From: a virus
Lineage: Duplodnaviria; Heunggongvirae; Uroviricota; Caudoviricetes
Virus record (IMG/VR): IMGVR_UViG_651053023_000008
DNA: 32,525 nt
Direction: 5' to 3' (one strand)
The translations under genes were made by a program, and so were the position numbers. Each line of letters begins with the position of its first letter. The first letter of the stretch is position 1. Below the pieces are notes generated by a model that worked only from the letters and a program-made list of their open reading frames with translations, was not told the DNA's origin and ran no database searches. Of this stretch, positions 10,109 to 18,847 are shown in pieces.

Positions 10109-10122
10109 ATGCCTCCGGCACC

Positions 10123-10752
10123 ATGAAGCAGACCACGTTTAACTCTGCTTCACAGGTGCTTTTTATGGAAAATCTAAAATTATATCTGGCCTTTGAGCGT
10201 GCGCTGAATTTTATTCTGCGTCCTGATATCGAAGGCGTCTATGTCAATGACCCCACTGACCGTGGCGGAGAAACCAGGTACGGCATCTCTGACCGCCGCG
10301 ACGGTGTGATTGACGGCAAAACTGACGTCAACGGTGATGGTAAACCCGACACCCGCATTAAGGATTTTACCCGCGAACAGGTTGCGCAGATTTACTGGCG
10401 CGATTACTGGCTGCCTGCCGGGTGTGACCAGTGGCCTGACAGAGTGGCGCTTTTTGTGTTCGATGCGGCGGTTCAGCATGGTGTTAAAAAAGCCATCAAA
10501 CTTTTGCAGGAAGCCACTGATATCAATGCCGATGGCATCATCGGCCCGCGCACCCGCAGGGCCGTGAACCTGGCTGACCAGAACTGGTTGCTGACCCGCT
10601 GTATTGTCCGTCGTTCCCGCTTTTATGCCGAAATCATCAAATCAAAACCCGCCCAGGGCAAATACCTGAACGGCTGGTTTAACCGCATGGAAAAACTGAC
10701 CGACGCCTGTCTGGAAATCATCGACAACGCGCCGTCCACCACGCGGGGGTGA
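10123..10752 (+). CDS. endolysin, GH108-like N-terminal domain plus peptidoglycan-binding C-terminal domain
   Basis: EGVYVNDPTDRGGETRYGI motif typical of glycoside hydrolase family 108; no N-terminal transmembrane segment. Alternative start at ATG 10165 (MENLKL) has a better ribosome-binding site. Confidence 0.75.
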   Translation: MKQTTFNSASQVLFMENLKLYLAFERALNFILRPDIEGVYVNDPTDRGGETRYGISDRRDGVIDGKTDVNGDGKPDTRIKDFTREQVAQIYWRDYWLPAGCDQWPDRVALFVFDAAVQHGVKKAIKLLQEATDINADGIIGPRTRRAVNLADQNWLLTRCIVRRSRFYAEIIKSKPAQGKYLNGWFNRMEKLTDACLEIIDNAPSTTRG

Positions 10753-10753
10753 T

Positions 10754-11389
10754 ATGGGCAAAGGCTGGGATGCCTCACTGAAAGCCGGGCGGCGTGACCG
10801 CCTGCGTCAGGAGGTTCTGCACCGCATGGCCGGAGGTCCGCCCCCGAAACCGCTGGACTATACCGGCCATGACGGCACACACGCCAGCTACTACATGCGT
10901 GGCTGGAACTCCGTGGATACACGGGACATTTTCTGGCAGTGCCAGAAGTACAGGGAAAAATTCAATGTGGAAAAAGGTAATGAACAAAATTTTAAACTGT
11001 GTGACTGGCTGCTTTGTTCCCGACTGATGAGAACCCCATGGCCGCTGGCCGGACTGACACTCTGCATGTTCATCATCAGCATGTTATGTGGCTGGCGATC
11101 GTTCGTGTTGATGTTGTTGTCCTTTGCCGGGGTGGTGTTGTTTTCATACAGCGCAAGCCTCGGGAATGTGCCATTTCGCCTGCTGCCTGAGGTCCGTTAC
11201 CGGGCTTTTGGTCGCCACATCATCGTGTGGTCATGGGTGGTCTGGGCGCTGGGATATTTCTGCTGCGTCTTCAGCACGCTGATGATGGTGTCACCGGTGC
11301 ATCCGGTGTTCTGGCTGTGTGGTGGCTGTTGCGGCGGTCTGCTCTGTCTTCAGCGTTATCTGTATGGAGGTTTCCCGTGGATCCGTTAA
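10754..11389 (+). CDS. putative lysis-cassette membrane protein (soluble N-terminal part plus about four predicted TM helices); holin candidate
   Basis: 211-aa ORF immediately after the endolysin; the C-terminal 120 aa are strongly hydrophobic. Confidence 0.4.
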   Translation: MGKGWDASLKAGRRDRLRQEVLHRMAGGPPPKPLDYTGHDGTHASYYMRGWNSVDTRDIFWQCQKYREKFNVEKGNEQNFKLCDWLLCSRLMRTPWPLAGLTLCMFIISMLCGWRSFVLMLLSFAGVVLFSYSASLGNVPFRLLPEVRYRAFGRHIIVWSWVVWALGYFCCVFSTLMMVSPVHPVFWLCGGCCGGLLCLQRYLYGGFPWIR

Positions 11390-11985
11390 CCCTTTCAGGC
11401 ATCGCCTCTGTTCTGCTGAAAGCCGGGCCGGGGCTGATTCGTTCCGTCGGGCGCTGGTTTGGTGGCAGTACATCTGCCGCCGCTGACTCGGTGGCCGGTA
11501 TGGTGGAAAGCGTCCGGGAAAGCCTGCCGGTGGCTGAACAGCAACGCATTCTGGAACAAAAACTGGTGATGCTGTCACCGGAGCAACTGATGCAGCTGGA
11601 AACCCTGAAAGTTCAGCTGCAACAGCTGGAGGTGGAGCGGCAGAAGCTGGTGCTGGCTGACCAGCAGGCCGCACACCACGAACAGCAGGAAACCATCCGC
11701 AATGGTGACAACGCCACGGACAGCTATGTGCGCCAGACACGCCCGCTGCTGGCCCGCCTTTCCTGTTACAGCAGTCTGGCCTATGTGCTGTTGCTCTCCT
11801 GCGGCCAGATTGCCGGAGCCATTGCCGGTGCCAGAGGTATCACGCTGCATATGCCATCACCGGACTGGGATATCACGCTGATGTTGCTTACCCCGGCGCT
11901 GGGCTATCTCGGTGTAAGAACCCTTGACGGCTTTGCCCGTTACAGCAAATCAAGCCGTCACAAAATGTCTGCGGGGCCGAAATGA
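11377..11985 (+). CDS. putative membrane protein with central coiled coil and C-terminal TM segments (lysis-associated)
   Basis: GTG 11377 preceded by a GGAGG ribosome-binding site at 11366-11370; Leu/Gln-rich heptad region; two hydrophobic segments near the C-terminus. Confidence 0.5.
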   Translation: MDPLTLSGIASVLLKAGPGLIRSVGRWFGGSTSAAADSVAGMVESVRESLPVAEQQRILEQKLVMLSPEQLMQLETLKVQLQQLEVERQKLVLADQQAAHHEQQETIRNGDNATDSYVRQTRPLLARLSCYSSLAYVLLLSCGQIAGAIAGARGITLHMPSPDWDITLMLLTPALGYLGVRTLDGFARYSKSSRHKMSAGPK

Positions 11986-12209
11986 CCGACGAAATCGATC
12001 GCATCAGTGAAGTGGTTCTGAACGAGCGTCAGAGCGTCGTTAAAGCCTGGCAGACACGGACAAAAGAAGCGCCCCACAGCCGGGGCTTCTGCAATGACTG
12101 CGGGAACGTTATTCCGGCACAGCGCCTTGCGGCGCTGCCGGATGTGGTGACCTGTATTGACTGTCAGCAGATGCGGGAACGCAGGAGGAAATCGTGTCCT
12201 GGGAAATGA
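11982..12209 (+). CDS. TraR/DksA-type C4 zinc-finger protein
   Basis: 75 aa with CNDCGN...x17...CIDC four-cysteine motif. Confidence 0.7.
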   Translation: MTDEIDRISEVVLNERQSVVKAWQTRTKEAPHSRGFCNDCGNVIPAQRLAALPDVVTCIDCQQMRERRRKSCPGK

Positions 12210-12499
12210 TCCGGGCCAACTGGCCCATTCTGTGGGCATTGCTGATGACAGGAATAAACCTGCTTCAGCTGATTCTGGCGAAAACCTACGTCAAACGCGA
12301 AGAGTTTGATTCACTCCGTTCCCGCATGTCGGTGATGGAAAGCCAGGTACACCATTTACCCGACCGTGATGAGTTCCACCGCCTGCAACTGGATATCAGC
12401 AACCTGCGGGGAGAAATCAAAGAGCTGGGGCCATCCATCCGCCAGGTATCCCGCATCAGCGATTTGTTATTAGAGAACGAGTTAAAGGAAAAAAAATAA
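12194..12499 (+). CDS. small membrane-anchored coiled-coil protein
   Basis: 101 aa; N-terminal TM segment (WPILWALLMTGINLLQLIL) then a charged helical region. Confidence 0.55.
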   Translation: MSWEMIRANWPILWALLMTGINLLQLILAKTYVKREEFDSLRSRMSVMESQVHHLPDRDEFHRLQLDISNLRGEIKELGPSIRQVSRISDLLLENELKEKK

Positions 12500-12792
12500 T
12501 GGCGATGAAAGAGATCCTCACTGAAGACCGTCGTCTTGTGTTGCTGCGTTCCCTGCTGGACTGTGGCGACAGCGCGAATGAATCCGTGTTGCAGACCTGC
12601 CTTCAGGCCTACGGTCATAAGGTATCCCGTGATGTGGTGCGCACCCAGCTTGCATGGCTGCGCGAGCAGGGGCTGGTTCGTCTGTCTGATGTGGGCGGCT
12701 GTTACGTGGCTGAAATCACCGGCAGCGGTGAGGATGTGGCAAACGGCCTGTCCGGCGTTCCGGGCGTTAAAAAACCCCGTGCGAGGGACTGA
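12499..12792 (+). CDS. hypothetical protein (winged-helix-like)
   Basis: 97-aa ORF, translationally coupled to neighbours. Confidence 0.5.
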   Translation: MAMKEILTEDRRLVLLRSLLDCGDSANESVLQTCLQAYGHKVSRDVVRTQLAWLREQGLVRLSDVGGCYVAEITGSGEDVANGLSGVPGVKKPRARD

Positions 12793-12794
12793 GC

Positions 12795-13094
12795 ATGGCC
12801 CGAAAACTGAAGCCGTTAAGTCGCGGAGAACGGGCCGTCGTGCGGCAGCTAGCGTACTGTCTTGTGCTCGCGGATATTGAGCAAAACGCCATTGCCTGTG
12901 CATACGAACAACAGACCGGAAAGCCCTGGAACCCGGATGCACCGGATACCCCCATGAAACGTGCCCTGCGTTCATCACCGGCATGTGCGCGGCTGTGGAA
13001 GCTGCTGGGTAAGGATATCCGCTCCGTTCGCGAAGAAATATACGCCGGTCTGAAAACACCGGGAACTGAAGACGGGGGCCGTCGTGAACCGTAA
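12795..13094 (+). CDS. hypothetical protein
   Basis: 99-aa ORF upstream of the terminase genes. Confidence 0.45.
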   Translation: MARKLKPLSRGERAVVRQLAYCLVLADIEQNAIACAYEQQTGKPWNPDAPDTPMKRALRSSPACARLWKLLGKDIRSVREEIYAGLKTPGTEDGGRREP

Positions 13095-13231
13095 AAAGAA
13101 TCCGATAAGTAAAGCGTCCCGTGATGAACTCCGCCGTCTGGCGCACAACCTGACATGGCGGGAAATCCAGAGCGGCGCACTGAAATCTGCATACGAAAGT
13201 TTACAGCGTAGTGAGCAACAGGAGGGCACAC

Positions 13232-13813
13232 ATGGAAAATGAACAACGCCCCACCCGTGGCCGTCTTTCCAAAGTGGATTTACTCCCGGACAGCATCCGG
13301 GAGCAGTTGCATCAGATGCTGCGGGAAAAGCGGCACACGCAGGAAGAAATCCGCGAAGCCATCAACGCCCTGATTGACGAACACAACCTGCCGGAAGAGA
13401 TGCAGTTAAGCCGGACGGGCTTAAACCGCTATGCCATCCGCATGGAAAAAGTCGGGGCAAAAATCCGTGCCTCCCGCGAAATGGCCGAAGTCTGGGCGGC
13501 AAAGCTGGGTTCCGCGCCGACGTCAGACGTCGGCAAACTGCTGATGGAGTTTGTAAAAACGCTGGCTTTTGAAACGTCCATGTCGATGGCAGAAGACGAC
13601 AAGCCCGTTGCACCGAAGGCGCTGGGGCAACTGGCGCTGGTTGCCCAGCGTCTGGAAGCGGCAGCCATGACCAGCCATAAACGCGAGAAAGCGATCCGTG
13701 ATGCGTTTGCGCAGGAGATGGCAGAGAAAACCGAAGAACTGGTCAGAACGGGCGGTCTGTCAGGCGGTGCGGCTGACACCATCAAACGAGACATTCTGGG
13801 GATTAGCGTATGA
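13232..13813 (+). CDS. Mu gp27-like protein (putative terminase small subunit)
   Basis: ATG 13232 with an AGGAGG ribosome-binding site at 13220-13225; position immediately upstream of the large terminase. Confidence 0.6.
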   Translation: MENEQRPTRGRLSKVDLLPDSIREQLHQMLREKRHTQEEIREAINALIDEHNLPEEMQLSRTGLNRYAIRMEKVGAKIRASREMAEVWAAKLGSAPTSDVGKLLMEFVKTLAFETSMSMAEDDKPVAPKALGQLALVAQRLEAAAMTSHKREKAIRDAFAQEMAEKTEELVRTGGLSGGAADTIKRDILGISV

Positions 13814-15345
13814 CACAAATGGATACGTTCAGTGAATATGATGTTCTGCTGCCGTATCAGAAACGCTGGGTGGCGGATGATGCCGACCTGAAAATTGCCG
13901 AGAAATCCCGCCGTACCGGTTTAACCTGGGCGGAAGCGGCGGATGCGGCACTGACGGCATCACTGAAGAAGGAAGACGGCGGGCGCGATCACTTTTATAT
14001 CGGTTCGAATAAGGAGATGGCCCGCGAATTTATCGACGCCGTGGCGATGTGGGCGAAAGCGTTTAATGCGGCAGCGGAAGAAATCTGCGAGGAAGTGATC
14101 ACCGACGAAGACAAGGACATTCTGACGTTCGTCGTGTACTTCGCCAGCGGTTTTAAGGTCAAGGCATTGTCCAGCAACCCGAGCAACATTCGCGGGATGC
14201 AGGGGAATGTCACCATCGACGAGGCCGCGTTCCATGAAAAACTGGACGAGCTGCTGAAGGCTGTGCTGCCGCTGAAAACATGGGGCGGCAAAATTCGCCT
14301 TATTTCCACCCATGACGGCGTGGACAACCTGTTTAACCAGCTGATTCAGGAAAGCCGCGCGGGCAAAAAAGATTACAGCATTCACACCATCACGCTGGAT
14401 GACGCCTGCAATGACGGGCTGTACCGGCGTATCTGTCAGGTGCGCGGCATGGTGTGGTCACCGGAAGCCGAAGCGGAATGGAAAGAAGGTCTGCTGCGAA
14501 ATACCGCCACCCGCGAAGACGCACTGGAAGAATATTACTGCGTCCCGAAAAACGGCGGCGGCACGTATATCCCCCGCTCACTGCGTGAACGTGCGGCCTG
14601 TGGCACCGGGAAAGTGTTGCGCTTTACCGGCACACCGGAATTTAACGCACTGACGGAAAGCCAGCGCCGGGCAGATATCCGGGAATGGCTGGAAACAGTG
14701 GTGCGCCCTGAACTGGAAAAACTCCCGAAGAACCTGCGCCACTGTCTGGGGGAAGACTTTGCGCGTTCGGGTGACCTGACCGTACTGGCCCCGGTGACGG
14801 TGAACGATGACACCACCCGCGAGGTGCCGTTTCTGGTTGAGCTTGGCAATGTGCCGTTTAAACAGCAGGAGCAGGTGCTGTTCTGGCTTTGCGATCGTCT
14901 GCCCCGCCGTGACGGCATCAAAATGGATGCGCGGGGGAATGGTCAGTATCTGGCAGAACAGGCGGCGGAGCGGTACGGCGACGAAGTGGAACAGGTGATG
15001 CTGTCCGTGGCGTTCTACCGCGAAAACATGCCCCGTTTCCGTGCGGCGTTTGAAGATGATGAGCTGATCCTTCCGAAGCATGAAGACGTGATCAATGACC
15101 TCGGGGCCATTCAGTTACTGCGTGGCGTTCCCGGCATTGATGATTCACGAACCAGAGGCAGCGACGGTCACAAACGTCACGGCGACGCCGCTGTGGCCAT
15201 TTTCCTGGGCTTCCTTGCCAGCAAGGATGACTGCCACCGTTACGAGCTGCACCGCCTGAACCGCCCGGCGAAACCGGAAGAACGCAACGCGCGCCGCCAG
15301 ATGAAGCTGACGCGCGGCCTGAAAAATGAGGGAGGTTTACTGTGA
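13810..15345 (+). CDS. terminase large subunit (Mu gp28-like)
   Basis: 511 aa; overlapping start and stop with neighbours; position between gp27-like and portal. Confidence 0.8.
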   Translation: MTQMDTFSEYDVLLPYQKRWVADDADLKIAEKSRRTGLTWAEAADAALTASLKKEDGGRDHFYIGSNKEMAREFIDAVAMWAKAFNAAAEEICEEVITDEDKDILTFVVYFASGFKVKALSSNPSNIRGMQGNVTIDEAAFHEKLDELLKAVLPLKTWGGKIRLISTHDGVDNLFNQLIQESRAGKKDYSIHTITLDDACNDGLYRRICQVRGMVWSPEAEAEWKEGLLRNTATREDALEEYYCVPKNGGGTYIPRSLRERAACGTGKVLRFTGTPEFNALTESQRRADIREWLETVVRPELEKLPKNLRHCLGEDFARSGDLTVLAPVTVNDDTTREVPFLVELGNVPFKQQEQVLFWLCDRLPRRDGIKMDARGNGQYLAEQAAERYGDEVEQVMLSVAFYRENMPRFRAAFEDDELILPKHEDVINDLGAIQLLRGVPGIDDSRTRGSDGHKRHGDAAVAIFLGFLASKDDCHRYELHRLNRPAKPEERNARRQMKLTRGLKNEGGLL

Positions 15346-16913
15346 ACCTGAAACAACTGGCCGGGGCCGTTCGCCGTCTGCTGAACCCGGCAACCGGTGA
15401 GGAAGACACGCTGAAAAAAGAGGCGCTCAACGAAGCACAGGCACGTCCGCGTCATGCCAGTGTGCGTTCGGCCTCGCCGGGCGTCAGCATTGCTTCCGGG
15501 CTGAATCCCGGCAGGCTGGCAGGCATTCTGCGCAATGCTGCCGACGGCACCACGCGTGACTTTTTTATCCTTGCTGAAGAGATGGAAGAACGCGATTTGC
15601 ATTACGCCTCGGTGCTGCGCACCCGCAAGCTGACGGTGGCGGGTATCGAACCGGTGGTGGTGGCCGCCAGTGATGACGATGCTGACGTGCAGCTGGCGGA
15701 CGCCATCCGTGCACTGATGGAAGCACCGCAAATCCCTGAGCTGATGTTTGATCTGCTCGACGGGCTGGGAAAAGGCGTGGCGGTCTGTGAAATTTTGTGG
15801 AACACCCGCAACAACCACTGGGTGCCCCGTGATTATGAGTGGGTTGATCCCCGTTTTCTGAAAGCCGAAAAACCCACGCTGCGCCAGTTCCGCCTGCTGA
15901 CTGACGATGAACCGGTGGATGGCGTACCGCTGACACCGGGAAAATTCATTGTTCACCAGCCGCGCCTGAAATCCGGTCTGCCGCTGCGTAACGGTCTGGC
16001 CCGTCTGGTGGCGGTGATGTACATGCTGAAATCCTTTACCGTGCGTGACTGGTGGGCATTCGCGGAAAAGTTCGGCATTCCGGTTACGGTGGGGAAATAC
16101 GGTCCCAACGCCACGGAGGAGCAAATCCGCGTGCTGATTGACGCGATTGCGTCCATTGCCTCGGATGCCGGGTGTGCCATTCCGCAGTCCATGCAACTGG
16201 AGATGCAGGAAACTGCCAGCCGGAATAACGGCGGCGCACTGTTCTGTGAAATGGCGGAATGGTGTGATGCGCAAATCAGTAAGGCCGTGCTGGGGCAGAC
16301 CATGACCACGGATAACGGCAGTTCGCGCTCACAGGCGGACGTGCACAATCAGGTGCGCATGGACATTGTGCGCTGGGACGCGCGGCAGCTGGCTAACACG
16401 CTGAATGAATTTCTGGTGCGGCCCTACATCGAGGCCAACTACGGGCCACAGGCGCACTACCCCCGTGTTGTTCTGCGTATCAGTGAAGCCGAAGATCTGA
16501 AGGCGCTGACAGATGCTCTGGTGCCGCTGATTGACCGGGGGATGCGGGTTCAGGAATCGGAGCTGCGGGACCGGTTCGGCCTGGCTGAACCGGACGACGG
16601 GGCTGATGTTCTGCATCCGGTTTCTGCCGGAATGTCAGGTGATATGGCGATGAACCGCGAGCGCGTCGCCCTGAACCGTGAACACTCCGACGAACTGGCG
16701 CTGATGGTGGATGATGCCCTGCGTGACTGGCAGAAAACCGGCGAGGTGTTCACGAACCCGGTGCTGACACTGGCGCAGGAATGCGACAGTTTTGATGACT
16801 TTCTGAAACGCCTGCCTGAGCTTCAGGAAACGCTGAACGCGGACGACTTTGCCCTGCAACTGGCGGAGGTGTGCTTTAAGGCCCGTGCGCTGGGGGACAC
16901 TGCTCATGCGTGA
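15342..16913 (+). CDS. H: portal protein (Mu gp29 / H-like)
   Basis: 523-aa ORF following the terminase; Mu-like portal family by sequence pattern and position. Confidence 0.8.
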   Translation: MNLKQLAGAVRRLLNPATGEEDTLKKEALNEAQARPRHASVRSASPGVSIASGLNPGRLAGILRNAADGTTRDFFILAEEMEERDLHYASVLRTRKLTVAGIEPVVVAASDDDADVQLADAIRALMEAPQIPELMFDLLDGLGKGVAVCEILWNTRNNHWVPRDYEWVDPRFLKAEKPTLRQFRLLTDDEPVDGVPLTPGKFIVHQPRLKSGLPLRNGLARLVAVMYMLKSFTVRDWWAFAEKFGIPVTVGKYGPNATEEQIRVLIDAIASIASDAGCAIPQSMQLEMQETASRNNGGALFCEMAEWCDAQISKAVLGQTMTTDNGSSRSQADVHNQVRMDIVRWDARQLANTLNEFLVRPYIEANYGPQAHYPRVVLRISEAEDLKALTDALVPLIDRGMRVQESELRDRFGLAEPDDGADVLHPVSAGMSGDMAMNRERVALNREHSDELALMVDDALRDWQKTGEVFTNPVLTLAQECDSFDDFLKRLPELQETLNADDFALQLAEVCFKARALGDTAHA

Positions 16914-17670
16914 AACCTTCATCCCGAAAGAGGCGCTGGCGTGGCTGAAGGCGAAGAAGCTGCGCCCCGGTTTTGATTACCGGGATGTATGGCGGGAAGA
17001 ACACCGGAACAGCTTCACCGTGGCAAAAATGCTGCAACTGGATTTGTTGTCGGATGTGAAAGCCCTTGTGGAAGACGCCCTGCAAAGCGGGCAGACGTTC
17101 AGCGAGTTCCGGGAGATGCTGCAACCGTTGCTGATAAAACGCGGATGGTGGGGCGTACAGGAGATGGATGATCCGCTGACGGGTGAAACCCGCACCGTGC
17201 AACTGGGCAGCGACCGCCGCCTCCGCACGATTTTTGACACCAACATGCGCACCGCCCGCGCGGCGGGCCAGTGGGAACGCATTCAGCGGACAAAGCGGGC
17301 CATGCCGTATCTGATTTATGAGCTGGGGCCATCCCGTGAGCACCGGGCGGAGCATGTGAAATGGGCGCGTCTGTGTCTGCCGGTAGATCATCCGTTCTGG
17401 CAGACACATTTTGCCCCTAACGGCTGGGGCTGCAAATGCACCATCCGTCAGGTCAGCCGTGGTGAGTATGCGCAACTGGCGGCACAGGGCACCATTCACA
17501 CCGAAGCGCCGGAAATCAGAACTGTCCGCTGGGTGAACAAACGTACGGGCGAAGAGGAAGAGGTGCCGGAAGGGATTGATCCGGGCTGGAACTACAATCC
17601 CGGCATAAACCGTGAGCAGGAGCTGGCGCGCCAGCTGGCGACCAAACAGGCCCGTTTTGACAGTGAGTAG
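16906..17670 (+). CDS. F: head morphogenesis protein, Mu F family
   Basis: Internal ATG 16906 overlapping the portal stop; 254 aa. Confidence 0.7.
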   Translation: MRETFIPKEALAWLKAKKLRPGFDYRDVWREEHRNSFTVAKMLQLDLLSDVKALVEDALQSGQTFSEFREMLQPLLIKRGWWGVQEMDDPLTGETRTVQLGSDRRLRTIFDTNMRTARAAGQWERIQRTKRAMPYLIYELGPSREHRAEHVKWARLCLPVDHPFWQTHFAPNGWGCKCTIRQVSRGEYAQLAAQGTIHTEAPEIRTVRWVNKRTGEEEEVPEGIDPGWNYNPGINREQELARQLATKQARFDSE

Positions 17671-17812
17671 CCCTCCCGCCGTAAATCCCCCTGAAACGCA
17701 TCAGAAACGCGTTTTTTATTCTGATGGCGTGAATGTGCATTCTGACGTTTTTGAAGATGCTGTGGCGTTTTTGAAGGGGGTTTTGAAGGGGGTGTTTCCC
17801 CGTTTTCAGTGA

Positions 17813-17835
17813 AGCCGGTAAATCCGGCTTTTTTT
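17813..17835 (+). terminator. rho-independent terminator (second copy of the element found after mor)
   Basis: Stem AGCCGG 17813-17818, loop TAAAT, stem CCGGCT 17824-17829, T-run 17829-17835. Confidence 0.7.
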
Positions 17836-17884
17836 CTGCCTTCCGCATACTGACCGTCGGTAACCCCAAACGACGGAGACTGAC

Positions 17885-18847
17885 ATGCAACCGGAACTGC
17901 TGGCGCTGTGTTTTTCCCTGCCAGAACCCATCCCTGAGCTGACACCTGCTCAACTGCCGGAATGGCTTGAACTCGTCCCTGCGGGTGAGTTCACCGGGCG
18001 CGATGGCCGGACGTGGATTAACCGCAATCCGCATGAGGTGGTCACCCGCTCGTCCGACATCAAAATTCCGGTGGACATTGAACACGCCACCGAAATTAAA
18101 GGGCAACGCGGTGATGAAGCCCCGGCGTATGGCTGGGTGGAAGAACTGCGCGTGACGGACAGCGGCACCATTGAAGGCCGTGTTGTCTGGAGCGAGTACG
18201 CCCGGTGGATGCTGAGCGAACGCCGCTACCGCTATTACAGCCCGGCGTTTTTCTTTGACGCAGACGGTGTGGTGACGCGCCTGTCCAGCGTCGGGCTGAC
18301 CAACAAACCTAACCTGGACTTTCCTGCACTGAATACGGAGAAAAACCCGATGACAGTACCTGTGCAAATCACCGGCCTGCTTGGGCTGGCTGAATCTGCC
18401 ACGGTGGACGATACCGTGGCCGCCATTAAACAACTTCAGGAGAACGAACAGGTGGCGCTGAACCGCGCACAGACACCTGACCTGACGAAGTTTGTGCCGG
18501 TGGAAACCCACAATCTGGCACTGAACCGTGCCGAAACCGCAGAACAACGCCTTCAGCAACTGGAAGAGAAGGAAGCAGAAGCGCTTGTGGATGCGGCCAT
18601 CGAAGCCGGAAAAGTGGCCCCGGCAAACCGTGACATGTTCCTTGCCACCTGCCGCACGGAAGAAGGCCGCAAACAATTTGCGGAATACACCAAAGGTGCA
18701 CAGCCGCTGGTGAACAACGACAAGCCCAGCCAGGGCAAGGATAAACCCGCGCAGACACTGACCGACGCCGAACTGGCGATGTGCCACAGCATGGGTATTA
18801 CCGGGGAAGAGTTCCTCGCCGCTAAACCTAAACAGGAGAATAACTGA
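17885..18847 (+). CDS. I: head maturation protease and scaffold (Mu I family)
   Basis: 320 aa; N-terminal protease-like domain, C-terminal Ala/Glu/Gln-rich helical scaffold-like region; directly upstream of the major head gene. Confidence 0.8.
   Translation: MQPELLALCFSLPEPIPELTPAQLPEWLELVPAGEFTGRDGRTWINRNPHEVVTRSSDIKIPVDIEHATEIKGQRGDEAPAYGWVEELRVTDSGTIEGRVVWSEYARWMLSERRYRYYSPAFFFDADGVVTRLSSVGLTNKPNLDFPALNTEKNPMTVPVQITGLLGLAESATVDDTVAAIKQLQENEQVALNRAQTPDLTKFVPVETHNLALNRAETAEQRLQQLEEKEAEALVDAAIEAGKVAPANRDMFLATCRTEEGRKQFAEYTKGAQPLVNNDKPSQGKDKPAQTLTDAELAMCHSMGITGEEFLAAKPKQENN

Noticed and set aside
12286-13146. 286-aa ORF on the minus strand
   Set aside because: Antisense to four co-oriented, translationally coupled plus-strand genes; no ribosome-binding site context; composition of a shadow ORF.
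13211-13231. GTG 13211 as the start of the gp27-like gene
   Set aside because: An AGGAGG ribosome-binding site lies inside this stretch and is correctly spaced for ATG 13232.
15240-16274. 344-aa ORF on the minus strand
   Set aside because: Antisense to the portal gene; Arg/His/Cys-rich, no independent support.
17612-17812. 66-aa ORF in the F-I spacer
   Set aside because: Consists largely of translated tandem repeats and palindrome and ends in the terminator hairpin.
17516-18787. 423-aa ORF on the minus strand
   Set aside because: Lies antisense across the I gene and intergenic repeats; Cys/Arg/His-rich low-complexity translation typical of a shadow ORF in GC-rich coding DNA.
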